Positions 1 to 9,734 are shown, counted from the first letter of the stretch. The stretch is DNA of 64,000 nucleotides from a candidate division WWE3 bacterium RAAC2_WWE3_1 (GCA_000503835.1 CP006914.1:785680-849679), one strand, 5' to 3'. Notes: generated by a model from the letters alone, not told the origin. Made by a program: numbers and translations.

Positions 1-10
1 TGAGGATTAC

Positions 11-2827
11 ATGTATAGCAACAATAATCCTACTCTCGACGCCCTTCTTACAAATTCTTTGGGGACAAAGACACTTTTGGATTTGGTCCGGCGTTCGGAA
101 GCAAAGTTCGTTCTTATATCAACGATTGACGTTTATCAGGGGAGGATGTCTCAGGACGAACTGGCCAAGTATTTCGGTCTTTCCAAACCGGAAGAAAATA
201 AATTCAGCTTGATAGAAGCAAAAAGATTCGCCGAGGCCGTGGTTTGGGAATATTTCAAAAAATACGATCTCGATGTCCGCATAGTCCGCTTGCCTGAAGT
301 TTACGGTCCGCGCATGAGCCTGGACTCAAGTGGCGTGATGGGTGTTTACATAAGGACTTTGATCGAGAACAGAGACATTGAAGTTCAGAACGACGGCGTG
401 GAAAAGGAATACTACCTTTATGTTTCCGATGCTGTCAGCGGCATCCTGAGGTCGATGTTCAACCGGGAAACAAAAGGAAATATTTATTCACTCGTACCGG
501 AATCAGCTATCACACAACTTGAACTTGCCTATCTTTTAAGAAGTGTGGCTGACGGCAACCTTCAGATTAGTTTTAAACAATCCGGATTTTCTATGCCTTT
601 CAGAGGTCCCGCGCCCGAGACGTTTAACCTAAAAGATTTGTCGTGGAAACCACGTATAAACCTGAAATCCGGAGTTGTGGATACATTGAAGTGGTTTGGA
701 TACGCCGTAAATCAGAACGCCTTTAAACCTACCAAATATGTTGAAGAGAGAGCAATCTCAAGGGGTACACAGACCACCACGGTAAGACCGCCCGAACCTC
801 CGAAGGTAAGTTCGATTTATCCGACAAATAGTGCCGACCTGTACACGAAAATGTATCCGGTCAGGAATATTAAGACCCGCAAGCGTTTTAATCCGGCGTC
901 AATATTCAGCAGGCACAAAAATGATGGTGCAGTTAAAAGCCTAACCCCTTCAAAAAAGCTCCCCGGATTTTTAGGGAACTCAAAATTTTATGTAGCCGTT
1001 GCGCTGATCGTTTCGGCGGTGTTGGTGTTTTTGGTCAATCCTGTTTTTAGTTTTTATTCAAATGCCCGTTCAGGAGCAGAGGCAATGCAAAGAGTCGCGG
1101 CTGCCGGTTCCGCACTTGATGTAGACAGTTTGTCGAAGAATGCTATTCTTGCTTCCGACAAATTCGAGGTTGCAAGAAAAAATCTTTCAAATCTCAAGTG
1201 GGTTTTCTCATTTTCGGGCAGATCCCAGGAATACATAAGTTATTTCCGTATGCTTTCTTCCTTACAAAACTTTTCGGATTCGGTGGAGCATCTTTCAAAA
1301 TCGGCCGAACCTTTGGAGGGAATGTGGGAGGTTCTACGTCCCGATACTAAAGATGTGCTGACACGTGAAACAGTTAACACCGCAAAACTTGAAATAGACT
1401 CGGCACAGAAACTTCTCTATATAGCCCAGGCCGATTTTAACGGGGTGGACAAAGTGCACATCCCCGAAAAATATAGGGGTTACGTATCGGATTACGGAAA
1501 ATATATAAGTACTCTCCAGCAAAATCTTGATCTGACAACTAAAATTATCGGAGAAGCCGCCGCCGTTCTGGGTGTCGACAAGGAAACCACGTATATTGTA
1601 TGGTTTCAAAATTCGAACGAGATAAGACCGACAGGTGGTTTCATAGGTTCATACGGGCTCTTAACTTTTGATAAGGGCAAGCTGAAAGACCTAAAGATTG
1701 ATGACATATACAACCCGGATGGCCAGATTCTGCTGAGGGAGATAAAGACAGTCCCGCCGGAGGTAATTTCCAAGTACCTGACCGAGGATAGACTTTACCT
1801 TAGGAATTCAAACTGGGATCCTGACTTTCCGACGGCAGCCGGCGTATTCAACGATTTGTTTTACAAAATAGACGGTCAGCGCGTTGACGGATATATTGCT
1901 GTAGATCTTAAATTTGTCGAGGGAATATTAAAAGCTACGGGTCCGGTGTTCCTGGCTGCTTACAACGAAGAGATTAACGCTGAAAACCTTTATGAGAGAA
2001 CGCAGTTTCACAGTGACTTCAATTACGTTCCCGGTTCCGATCAAAAAAGGTCTTTTCTAACTGTATTGGGAAGCAAACTGCTCGAAAAAATGTTCTCGCT
2101 CCCAAAAGATAAACTGCCTAATTTACTTGCGGAGACTCAAAGATCTCTCGATGAGAAACATTTGTTAATAAACTTATCGAACGGTGCGTTAAACGATGTA
2201 TTAAGAGAAAAAAATTGGAACGGGCAGGTTGTCCCCGTTGAAACCGATTATCTCTATGTTGTCAATTCCAACCTGGGCGGAACAAAAGCAAACTATTTTG
2301 TGAAGAATAACATCGATTATGAAATAAATTCCATGACACGCGACGGAGTGTTGAGAGCTACATTAAAGCTTACCTACAACCACACAGGAGAATCAATGGC
2401 GTGGCCGGGGGGTCCTTATAAGGATCATGTGAGGGTGTTGACTCAAACGGGATCTAAACTTACGGGGGCTGAGTTTATCGACGCCGCCGGAACCACTCTC
2501 GATGTGTTTAAAGATATAAAAGTAGGGGCTCCGAACGGATACGATGTTTTCAGCTATGATCTGATTGTTAACCCCAAGGAAACCGTTTCCCTGGTTTTAA
2601 AGTATGATCTTTCGGAGAGTCTTAATGTAACTAAAGACATGTCCTCTTACGCCTTGTATGTTCAGAAACAACCCGGAACGGACGCCGACCCGTTCAGTTT
2701 TACTTTCAACGCGCCGTTCGGTACAGAAATCATAAAAGCAAGTAAGGGGCTGGACATTTTGAACAATGGTATAGCAAACACATCGGATCTGCGCAGGGAT
2801 ATAAATTACTTTATAGAACTTCGCTGA
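11..2827 (+). CDS. 5' partial (open to the window edge). A degenerate NAD-dependent epimerase/dehydratase-like (SDR) segment is fused to a TM segment and a DUF4012-like extracytoplasmic domain.
   Basis: N-terminal 230 aa show a UXS/GalE-like pattern (RIVRLPEVYGPRM). The catalytic Tyr of YxxxK appears replaced (LIEAKRFAE). A hydrophobic segment follows (FYVAVALIVSAVLVFLV), then the DUF4012 hallmark IRPTGGFIGSYG. The frame is open back to nt 2. Confidence 0.5.
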   Translation: MYSNNNPTLDALLTNSLGTKTLLDLVRRSEAKFVLISTIDVYQGRMSQDELAKYFGLSKPEENKFSLIEAKRFAEAVVWEYFKKYDLDVRIVRLPEVYGPRMSLDSSGVMGVYIRTLIENRDIEVQNDGVEKEYYLYVSDAVSGILRSMFNRETKGNIYSLVPESAITQLELAYLLRSVADGNLQISFKQSGFSMPFRGPAPETFNLKDLSWKPRINLKSGVVDTLKWFGYAVNQNAFKPTKYVEERAISRGTQTTTVRPPEPPKVSSIYPTNSADLYTKMYPVRNIKTRKRFNPASIFSRHKNDGAVKSLTPSKKLPGFLGNSKFYVAVALIVSAVLVFLVNPVFSFYSNARSGAEAMQRVAAAGSALDVDSLSKNAILASDKFEVARKNLSNLKWVFSFSGRSQEYISYFRMLSSLQNFSDSVEHLSKSAEPLEGMWEVLRPDTKDVLTRETVNTAKLEIDSAQKLLYIAQADFNGVDKVHIPEKYRGYVSDYGKYISTLQQNLDLTTKIIGEAAAVLGVDKETTYIVWFQNSNEIRPTGGFIGSYGLLTFDKGKLKDLKIDDIYNPDGQILLREIKTVPPEVISKYLTEDRLYLRNSNWDPDFPTAAGVFNDLFYKIDGQRVDGYIAVDLKFVEGILKATGPVFLAAYNEEINAENLYERTQFHSDFNYVPGSDQKRSFLTVLGSKLLEKMFSLPKDKLPNLLAETQRSLDEKHLLINLSNGALNDVLREKNWNGQVVPVETDYLYVVNSNLGGTKANYFVKNNIDYEINSMTRDGVLRATLKLTYNHTGESMAWPGGPYKDHVRVLTQTGSKLTGAEFIDAAGTTLDVFKDIKVGAPNGYDVFSYDLIVNPKETVSLVLKYDLSESLNVTKDMSSYALYVQKQPGTDADPFSFTFNAPFGTEIIKASKGLDILNNGIANTSDLRRDINYFIELR

Positions 2828-2841
2828 TATAATAAAAACAA

Positions 2842-4524
2842 ATGCCACTAGCAGACATGCCCCAGTCAAATAAGCAGCACGCTGTTCCCCAGAATGTTAT
2901 GAGCGTGGATTTCAAACTTATCGGCGATCTTACGATGAGACAGTTTGCTTATGTTTTTATTGCCGGAATATTAGCTTATCTCTCGTACGTTTTTTTCATA
3001 GGTATTTTCCGCTGGCCCTTGGTATTTCTGATAGCTTTCGCAGGTGTGGGATTTGCTTTTATCCCGGTTCAGGAAAGGGGAATGGACGAGTGGATAGTTA
3101 ATTTTTTCAAGGCAATGTACATGCCCACCCAGCGTATTTGGAAAAAAGAACCTACTATCCCATCGGCATTTATGTACGACGATCTGGCTACCCTGAAACA
3201 GGAACTTATTACACTGGCACCGACATCCAGCCGAAGAAAGCTCGAAGAATACCTGAGGTACCAAACAGCCGAAGAAGAGGTGGACCCGCTTGATATTCCT
3301 GAAAAGGAATATGCTCAAAAGGTCAGGGATGCCTACCCCGCCTATAAGAAAAAGAGTAGTGCGGGAGCAACGGCTTTCTCACGTTCCTCATACGGGGCGG
3401 CGGCAGTTGGTGTTCAACCCGCATCGATAGCAGTTGTGGAAGCTCCGGCGCCTGCCGTCTTGGATGTGGAAACGGGGCAGGAAGAAGGTATTTTAGTGGA
3501 GACCCGGAAAGCCTCATCTACAACGCCCGAGAAACAAGAACTCAAAGAACAGACAGCAACTGTCCTTCAGAAACGCAAAGACGCCGGACTTTTTCACCTT
3601 TTCAGGGCAAAAGAGGCGCAAAAAGCACGGGAAGAGGCCAGGGGCAAGAGAATGCAGGATGTTACAGCCGTTCCCTTACCTCAGGGTGCACTTTCGGGAA
3701 CGGTCTCTTTAAGTCCTATGACGCCGGATATGCATTCAGGCAGGAGATTTATTAACCTGCTTCCGTCCCAGGGTGAGCTTATCCTGCCCATAAGAGGGGA
3801 GAAGGTGCTGCGCACGTCAGAGGAGATCTCGGTGGAGGAGAGTATAAACGATAAGGCGTTGAAACTTCAGTCTTTATTAAAAAAAATAAAGGACGAAGAG
3901 GGGATTAAGTCTCCGAAACCCGTAGCCGCACCCATTACGGTAGTACAAAAGAAAGAGCAGGAAGCCCAGGAAGTTCATGATGAAGCAAAGGATGTTGTAG
4001 GGAAGCTTAAGACACAAAGTGAAGAGCTTACGGACGAGATAATAAGACTTAGAAAGAATATTCAGACCACTTCTTCCCCGGGTGCCGGTTCTGAAACGCA
4101 GACAAGATTGTTGAAGAACCTGGAAAATAAGCAGCAGACGGTTGAAGAAAATTATCGGGTTCTCAGCCGCGGTATTCAAAGTCTAAAGTCTACTCCGTCC
4201 GGAGATACTGCGGGAAGTTCTACTCTAAACCTGGACAATTATCCGACGGACCACTTGGAGCCCAATACTTTACGCGGTGTGGTCAAAGGTAGTGAGGGAA
4301 AGGTGCTGACTGATGTTCTCCTGATAGTGAAGAACGAAAGAGAGGAGCCGGTACGCGCGTTAAAAACTGACAGCCTCGGCAGGTTTGAATTACTTTCAAA
4401 ACTCAGCAACGGTAAATACTCAATAGAAGTAAAACCCTCGGATGAAATGAAATTGTCCTTTGAGAAAATTTCTGTAGAATTAAAAGGTGAGGTAGTTCCT
4501 CCATTTGTGATATCCGGTAAATAA
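2842..4524 (+). CDS. PrgI/VirB3-like T4SS membrane protein with a long coiled-coil extension and a C-terminal carboxypeptidase-regulatory-like beta-sandwich.
   Basis: N-terminal 100 aa match the PrgI pattern (FKLIGDLTMRQFAYVFIAGILAYL, two TM helices). The middle is Lys/Glu/Gln-rich coiled coil. The C-terminus (LRGVVKGSEGKVLTDVLLIVKN...SLGRFEL) resembles a CarbopepD_reg fold. Confidence 0.5.
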   Translation: MPLADMPQSNKQHAVPQNVMSVDFKLIGDLTMRQFAYVFIAGILAYLSYVFFIGIFRWPLVFLIAFAGVGFAFIPVQERGMDEWIVNFFKAMYMPTQRIWKKEPTIPSAFMYDDLATLKQELITLAPTSSRRKLEEYLRYQTAEEEVDPLDIPEKEYAQKVRDAYPAYKKKSSAGATAFSRSSYGAAAVGVQPASIAVVEAPAPAVLDVETGQEEGILVETRKASSTTPEKQELKEQTATVLQKRKDAGLFHLFRAKEAQKAREEARGKRMQDVTAVPLPQGALSGTVSLSPMTPDMHSGRRFINLLPSQGELILPIRGEKVLRTSEEISVEESINDKALKLQSLLKKIKDEEGIKSPKPVAAPITVVQKKEQEAQEVHDEAKDVVGKLKTQSEELTDEIIRLRKNIQTTSSPGAGSETQTRLLKNLENKQQTVEENYRVLSRGIQSLKSTPSGDTAGSSTLNLDNYPTDHLEPNTLRGVVKGSEGKVLTDVLLIVKNEREEPVRALKTDSLGRFELLSKLSNGKYSIEVKPSDEMKLSFEKISVELKGEVVPPFVISGK

Positions 4525-4526
4525 AT

Positions 4527-5228
4527 ATGCCTGCTCAAACAACACCTACAACTCAAGATCATCTGGACATTTTTGATATAAAAGATAATCTCGTCCTTTT
4601 AAAAAATGGAGCTGTCTGTGCTGTTCTTCAAACGACTGCCGTAAATTTCGACCTGCTGTCCGAAATAGAACAGGATGCCATAATTGCGGCCTTTTCAATG
4701 CTTTTGAACTCTATTACCTTCCCGGTTCAGGTGGTCATAAGATCAAGAAGACTGGATATTACAAAATACATCGAGAAGGTGTACAGGGTAGAGACCCGTC
4801 TTACCGATCCGTTACTTAAGCATCAGGCACAGGCCTACAGAAAATTTGTTCAGGACGTTATAAAGAAAAACGATGTTTTGGACAAACGATTTTATGTTGT
4901 CATTCCTACAAGTGTTGCCGAGCTCACACAGCCCGGTTCCGGTCCTTTCGACTGGATGCTGAAGTTAACCGGACAGCATAACAAGAGGGTGTCTTTTAAC
5001 GTAGACAAAGTCCTTAATGATGGAAGAATAGAGCTAGCGCCGAAAGTCGACCACATTATAAAAGAATTTAACAGGCTTGGTATAAAAACCAAACAACTCA
5101 CGACCCAGGATCTTGTAGAGCTGTATTTTGATATTTATAACCCGACGACGATTCACGGGCAAAGAATACGAACAGGCATAGATGATTACACGACGGCGAT
5201 AGTAAACCCCGCCATCATAGAGGAATAA
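4527..5228 (+). CDS. VirB4 N-terminal-domain-like protein (CagE_TrbE_VirB-like), encoded as a separate ORF.
   Basis: Pattern IFDIKDNLVLLKNGAVCAVLQTTAVNFDLLSEIEQDAIIAAFSMLLNSITFPVQVVIRS resembles the N-terminus of Gram-negative VirB4/TrbE. No TM segment. The stop lies 1 nt before the next start. Confidence 0.35.
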   Translation: MPAQTTPTTQDHLDIFDIKDNLVLLKNGAVCAVLQTTAVNFDLLSEIEQDAIIAAFSMLLNSITFPVQVVIRSRRLDITKYIEKVYRVETRLTDPLLKHQAQAYRKFVQDVIKKNDVLDKRFYVVIPTSVAELTQPGSGPFDWMLKLTGQHNKRVSFNVDKVLNDGRIELAPKVDHIIKEFNRLGIKTKQLTTQDLVELYFDIYNPTTIHGQRIRTGIDDYTTAIVNPAIIEE

Positions 5229-5229
5229 T

Positions 5230-7347
5230 ATGGGACTAAATCTTTTTACAATGTTTTCCGACAAACCAAAACCCAGCAAACAACAGCAGGGGAAACCGGG
5301 TGAAAAAACACCGGCGCAGGTATTGGCTGAGGGAATGTTAAATGTCAGAGATATAATCGCGCCGTCGGCAATAGAGGTAGATTTCACATTTCTCCGCATA
5401 GGGAATGTCTACTTCAGAACAATATTCGTTTCAGGCTATCCGAGATTTGTAGGTGCAAACTGGCTGTCGCCCATCATCAACTTTGAGCATACGCTGGATG
5501 TTTCCATGTTTTATTATCCCGTTAAATCCAAAGTTATTTTGGATGACCTAAGAAGAAAAATTACGGAGCTTGAGGCCACGACGATGACCAACGTGGAAAA
5601 AGGAAAAATCGTAGACCCTGTCGTTTCTGCAGCACTTGAAGATGCAAAGGCTCTTCAGGAGCAACTCGTCAAAGGTGTGGAAAAATACTTTCAGTTTTCC
5701 TTCTACATAACAATTTCGGCTGAAACACTCGAAGAGCTTGAATCGGTAACTTCCAAGTTGGAAAGTACGTTAGGCGCCCTACTTCTTATTTCAAAAGTTG
5801 CGTCACTACAAATGGAAGATGCCTTCCAGTCCGCCATCCCCACCGGTTTGGACAAACTTTTAATAACCAGGAACATGGACACGACAAGTCTTGCAACTAC
5901 TTTTCCTTTCACCTCTTCGGATCTGACAATGGAAGAAGGGATCATGTACGGTATTAACAGGCACAACGGATCGCTGGTAATTTTCGACCGTTTCTCACTT
6001 GAAAATGCTAACTCGGTTGTCTTTGCAAAATCAGGTTCAGGTAAATCTTATTTCGTAAAACTTGAGGCCTTGAGATTGTTGGTGTTCGGTGCGGAAGTTA
6101 TGATTATCGATCCTGAAGAGGAGTATAGAACTCTCTGCGAAGCGGTAGGTGGGAATTATATAGACTTTTCGGCTAACTCTACTCATAAAATAAATCCGTT
6201 CGACCTTTCGGGAGTTGCGGTTGAAGGTGAAAACGAACTCGGCCAAAAATTAATTGGTTTAATCACTTTGCTTAAACTCATGCTTGGTGGCTTAACTGCA
6301 TCTGAAGAAGCAATTTTGGACAGAGCCCTAATTGAAACATACAGAATAAAAGGTATTACAACTGACCCCGATACTCAATCAGGTATAGAACCCCCGGTCA
6401 TGGAAGATCTCTATAAAGTTTTGATGGGGGCTTCCGAACCCGAAGCTAAGGGAATGGCCGAAAGACTTGAAAGATTTATTAAAGGGTCGATGACCGGCAT
6501 TTTCGATTCCCAGTCGAACATTAACCTCGACAGTAGAATGACCGTTTTCTCCACAAAGCATTTGGAGGAAGCATTAAGACCAATCGCTTTCTACTTAATT
6601 CTTGATTTCGTTTGGACCAGAATTAGGCGCGACTTGAAAAAAAGAATACTGATAGTGGAAGAAGCCTGGTACCTGATGCAGAATGAAGACAGCGCGAGGT
6701 TTATTTACGGAATTGCAAAGAGAGCCAGAAAATATTATTTGGGTCTGACGACTATCTCTCAGGATGTCGATGACTTTTTATCTTCGGAATACGGAAAGGC
6801 AATTGTTACAAACTCGTCTATTCAAATTTTGTTGAAACAGCACCCTGCAGGTATAGATAAAGTTGCCGAAACCTTTTATCTGTCGGAAGGTGAGAAAAGA
6901 TTGTTACTTGCTGCCGCAGTTGGAGAAGGTTTGTTCTTTGCCGGCGCCAACCACGTTGCAATAAAAGTCATGGCCTCTGAAGCGGAGCATAAACTTATTA
7001 CAACAAATCCGGAAGAACTGCTGAAGCTGAGGGAACAGGGTTTGATAAAACCGCTGGGTTCTAACGCACCGAAAAATACTGTTGCCATTCCGCCGGTGCA
7101 GAAACCTTACGAACCGATGAGGCAGGAGTCTTCGCAGAATACTCAAACTATTACCGACACGGCAACCACGTTGCAAAATCAGGGAGGGGCGAAACCTGAA
7201 GAGAATAAAACGGAGCAGCCTGCACCTCAGAACGAACCTTCCGCCGACGATATTTTGAGGTCGGTTGAGTCGCTTAATAAAGATCAGGGTACAATTAATC
7301 TTGGAAACACCCCATCACAGCCTGATCCTGCAGCTCCTACAGAATAA
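5230..7347 (+). CDS. virB4: VirB4/TraE/PrgJ-like type IV secretion ATPase.
   Basis: Walker A is AKSGSGKSYF and Walker B is RILIVEEAWYLM. The N-terminal RTIFVSGYPRFVGANWLSPII motif is typical of VirB4-family proteins. Length is 705 aa. Confidence 0.75.
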   Translation: MGLNLFTMFSDKPKPSKQQQGKPGEKTPAQVLAEGMLNVRDIIAPSAIEVDFTFLRIGNVYFRTIFVSGYPRFVGANWLSPIINFEHTLDVSMFYYPVKSKVILDDLRRKITELEATTMTNVEKGKIVDPVVSAALEDAKALQEQLVKGVEKYFQFSFYITISAETLEELESVTSKLESTLGALLLISKVASLQMEDAFQSAIPTGLDKLLITRNMDTTSLATTFPFTSSDLTMEEGIMYGINRHNGSLVIFDRFSLENANSVVFAKSGSGKSYFVKLEALRLLVFGAEVMIIDPEEEYRTLCEAVGGNYIDFSANSTHKINPFDLSGVAVEGENELGQKLIGLITLLKLMLGGLTASEEAILDRALIETYRIKGITTDPDTQSGIEPPVMEDLYKVLMGASEPEAKGMAERLERFIKGSMTGIFDSQSNINLDSRMTVFSTKHLEEALRPIAFYLILDFVWTRIRRDLKKRILIVEEAWYLMQNEDSARFIYGIAKRARKYYLGLTTISQDVDDFLSSEYGKAIVTNSSIQILLKQHPAGIDKVAETFYLSEGEKRLLLAAAVGEGLFFAGANHVAIKVMASEAEHKLITTNPEELLKLREQGLIKPLGSNAPKNTVAIPPVQKPYEPMRQESSQNTQTITDTATTLQNQGGAKPEENKTEQPAPQNEPSADDILRSVESLNKDQGTINLGNTPSQPDPAAPTE

Positions 7348-7375
7348 TTTTCAATTTTACAACTTAGGGATTTAC

Positions 7376-8488
7376 TTAAAGCTGAATCGGCATTATTATA
7401 TGCAAAAAATCTTCGGTAACATCGGTTTTAAAGATACATGCAGTACTGTTGGAACTCGCTTCCATATTTATCTTTTCACCCTTAACATTATTCAAAAAAT
7501 CAAGAAGGTATTTAGAACTAAAAGCTATTTCCAACATTTCCCCTTCTGTTTCGGCAGGAATTTCACTTTCATGAGTTCCGGTCTCGTTATTTAAAGAAGA
7601 GATTTTAATTAATCCTTCCGGATCTACGCGTAATTTAATAGTGTTATTTGTTCCCTCTTTTACAAAAACCGTAGTTAATCTCACTGCTTCCAAAAATTCA
7701 CCGGCGTTAAAAACCGCTTTTACTGGGGCAATTGTCGGTATTATTTTTTTGTAGTCCGGGTATTGTCCGTCAATAATTCTGGTTGCTATGGTTGTGTCTT
7801 CGGAAGAGAAAAGCGCGAGATTTTCATTTTCGCTCAGTATCATTTTCAAAGGTGATGTGGAAGATGCAAATACTTTGCTTACTTCCGCTAATGTTTTCGC
7901 GGGAATCAACGCTGTGAATTTCTTCGCGTCCGATTTTCCAACGGAAATGGATTTTTCGGAAAGTCTGAAACCGTCAGTTGCCGCTAAAACCATTTTGCCT
8001 TTCTCATATGTAATAAAGACACCGGTGAATATCGGTCTACTCTCATCCATAGATGAAGCAAATGTGACCATCGATACTGCCTGGGCAAAAACCGTCGGGT
8101 CAAGTTCCAGAGAAGTTTCGTCCTTTGAAATGCTGGGAAGTTCGGGATAATCTTTGGCGTCGGTTCCGTTTAATTTTGATTTTGTGTTGTCGGATTTTAA
8201 ATGAAGTATGTCGTTGTCCATTTTTATTTCAATAGTGGACGGGTGAAGATTGGCCACCAGTTCTTTTAAGACTTTCGCCGGTACGGTTATAGAACCCTCC
8301 TTATCAATGGAGGCGTTGACGTATGTGGTGATGGCTGTCTCGAGGTTGGTGGCGGCTAGTTTAATACGACCGTTGTCTGTAGAAATCAAAACGTTGGATA
8401 GTATAGGCAAAGAGCCTTTTGCAGGAACAGCCCTGGTTATTATTTGAAGACCTTTATTCAAATTTTCCTGGAGGCAAGAGAATTTCAT
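7376..8488 (-). CDS. dnaN: DNA polymerase III beta sliding clamp.
   Basis: MKFSCLQENLNKGLQIITRAV...ILSNVLI, 370 aa, canonical DnaN N-terminus. Confidence 0.9.
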   Translation of the reverse strand: MKFSCLQENLNKGLQIITRAVPAKGSLPILSNVLISTDNGRIKLAATNLETAITTYVNASIDKEGSITVPAKVLKELVANLHPSTIEIKMDNDILHLKSDNTKSKLNGTDAKDYPELPSISKDETSLELDPTVFAQAVSMVTFASSMDESRPIFTGVFITYEKGKMVLAATDGFRLSEKSISVGKSDAKKFTALIPAKTLAEVSKVFASSTSPLKMILSENENLALFSSEDTTIATRIIDGQYPDYKKIIPTIAPVKAVFNAGEFLEAVRLTTVFVKEGTNNTIKLRVDPEGLIKISSLNNETGTHESEIPAETEGEMLEIAFSSKYLLDFLNNVKGEKINMEASSNSTACIFKTDVTEDFLHIIMPIQL

Positions 8489-8490
8489 TT

Positions 8491-8943
8491 TTATCTTTTG
8501 GGTTTCAATGTAACCCTTCGGTCACGTCCTTCTCCGACGCTTTCCGAAACGACGTCATCGTATTCGGCAACAAACATGTGGATTTGTCTTCTTTCCCACG
8601 GGTCCATGGGAGGAAGTTCGACGTCCTTTTGAAAAAAGCGGACTCTGTCGATGTAGCTTTTAGCCATGTTTTGAATCTTTTCAGCGCGTTGGTCTTTGTA
8701 TCCGTTTATATCTATTAACACCGTGACCTGTTCTCCGGCTTGTCTCAAAACAGTCAAATGTAGAATGCTTTGCAAAGCATCCAAAGATTGGCCCTGATGT
8801 CCGATTAGGAAATTCAGGTTATTGCCCTGGATTTTTACTTCAAAGACCCCGTCGTCCTTGCCATTAATTTCATAGTTAGGATTTATTTTCATAAATCCGA
8901 AAATGTTGTCTAAAGTATTTTTTATTACTTCTATAATGTTCAT
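8491..8943 (-). CDS. jag: Jag/KhpB-like RNA-binding protein (KH + R3H), short form.
   Basis: C-terminal R3H motif (RRQIHMFVAEYDDVVSESVGEG). Sits immediately downstream of yidC. Confidence 0.75.
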   Translation of the reverse strand: MNIIEVIKNTLDNIFGFMKINPNYEINGKDDGVFEVKIQGNNLNFLIGHQGQSLDALQSILHLTVLRQAGEQVTVLIDINGYKDQRAEKIQNMAKSYIDRVRFFQKDVELPPMDPWERRQIHMFVAEYDDVVSESVGEGRDRRVTLKPKR

Positions 8944-9728
8944 TTTTTTGCTCCTTTAGCTAAGGCCAATTTCTTGACCCAGGGCTCCAGGCCGCCCCAT
9001 CCACTGGTAAAGTACGTCTGGGCAATCTGGAATAGGGTCGAGACAATTATGTATATCATAACACCTGAGGGCAAGGTCAGACCGAAAACAAAAAACATGA
9101 GGGGCATGACGTACAAGTTTTGTTTTTGCATTGATTGCATCATGTCGTCGGTCTTATCCGGAGTTTTCTTAACGATCTTATCGTTTATTTTGGAGAAGGG
9201 CATCATCATTTTGGTTGCTAAAAACTGGAAGACCACCGCCAATATAGTGATGATGAATATCGGATCCGGTTTTGACAGGTCGAGATAGAGGAATTTGGTG
9301 TTTATGGTTTCATCGGCCTTAAATTGAAATTGCTGAAAATATATATTTTTGTTTAAGTCGTTCAGACTTGTGCCGTTAGTCATCGTTATCACCGATCTGT
9401 AGACGGCAATCATGAAGATAAGTGTGACTATTGTTGTAAGACACCCTGACGCCGGGTTGATCCCGTGCTTTTTCATAAGTTCCATTTGCATAGCAGCCAT
9501 CTTTTTCTTGTCGTAACCATATTTTTCTTTTATTTTTTGGATTTCCGGTTGAATATCACGCTGTTTCTGGCTCATCTTAATAGATGGAAGGGTAACGGGT
9601 ATCATCACGGCCTTAATTATTAGGGTAAAAAGTATAATCGCGGTTCCCAGGCTACCTACAAATGAGTAAATAACAATTAAAATGTTAAATATCGGATTTA
9701 AAATTATATTTTGCCAGATTTCCGCCAT
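8940..9728 (-). CDS. yidC: Membrane protein insertase YidC/Oxa1 (short form).
   Basis: NPIFNILIVIY...AIILFTLIIKAVMIPVTLPSIKMSQKQRDIQPEIQKIKEKY is the conserved YidC core. Confidence 0.85.
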   Translation of the reverse strand: MAEIWQNIILNPIFNILIVIYSFVGSLGTAIILFTLIIKAVMIPVTLPSIKMSQKQRDIQPEIQKIKEKYGYDKKKMAAMQMELMKKHGINPASGCLTTIVTLIFMIAVYRSVITMTNGTSLNDLNKNIYFQQFQFKADETINTKFLYLDLSKPDPIFIITILAVVFQFLATKMMMPFSKINDKIVKKTPDKTDDMMQSMQKQNLYVMPLMFFVFGLTLPSGVMIYIIVSTLFQIAQTYFTSGWGGLEPWVKKLALAKGAKK

Positions 9729-9734
9729 AATCGT

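Noticed and set aside
3877-4562. Minus-strand ORFs inside the PrgI-like gene, and many other ORFs of 60-120 aa antisense to annotated genes throughout the window.
   Set aside because: They are embedded antisense in longer ORFs that carry recognisable domains, and they show low-complexity composition.
7265-8150. Plus-strand ORFs 7265..7594 and 7788..8150, and others overlapping dnaN.
   Set aside because: They are antisense to dnaN and are compositional artefacts.
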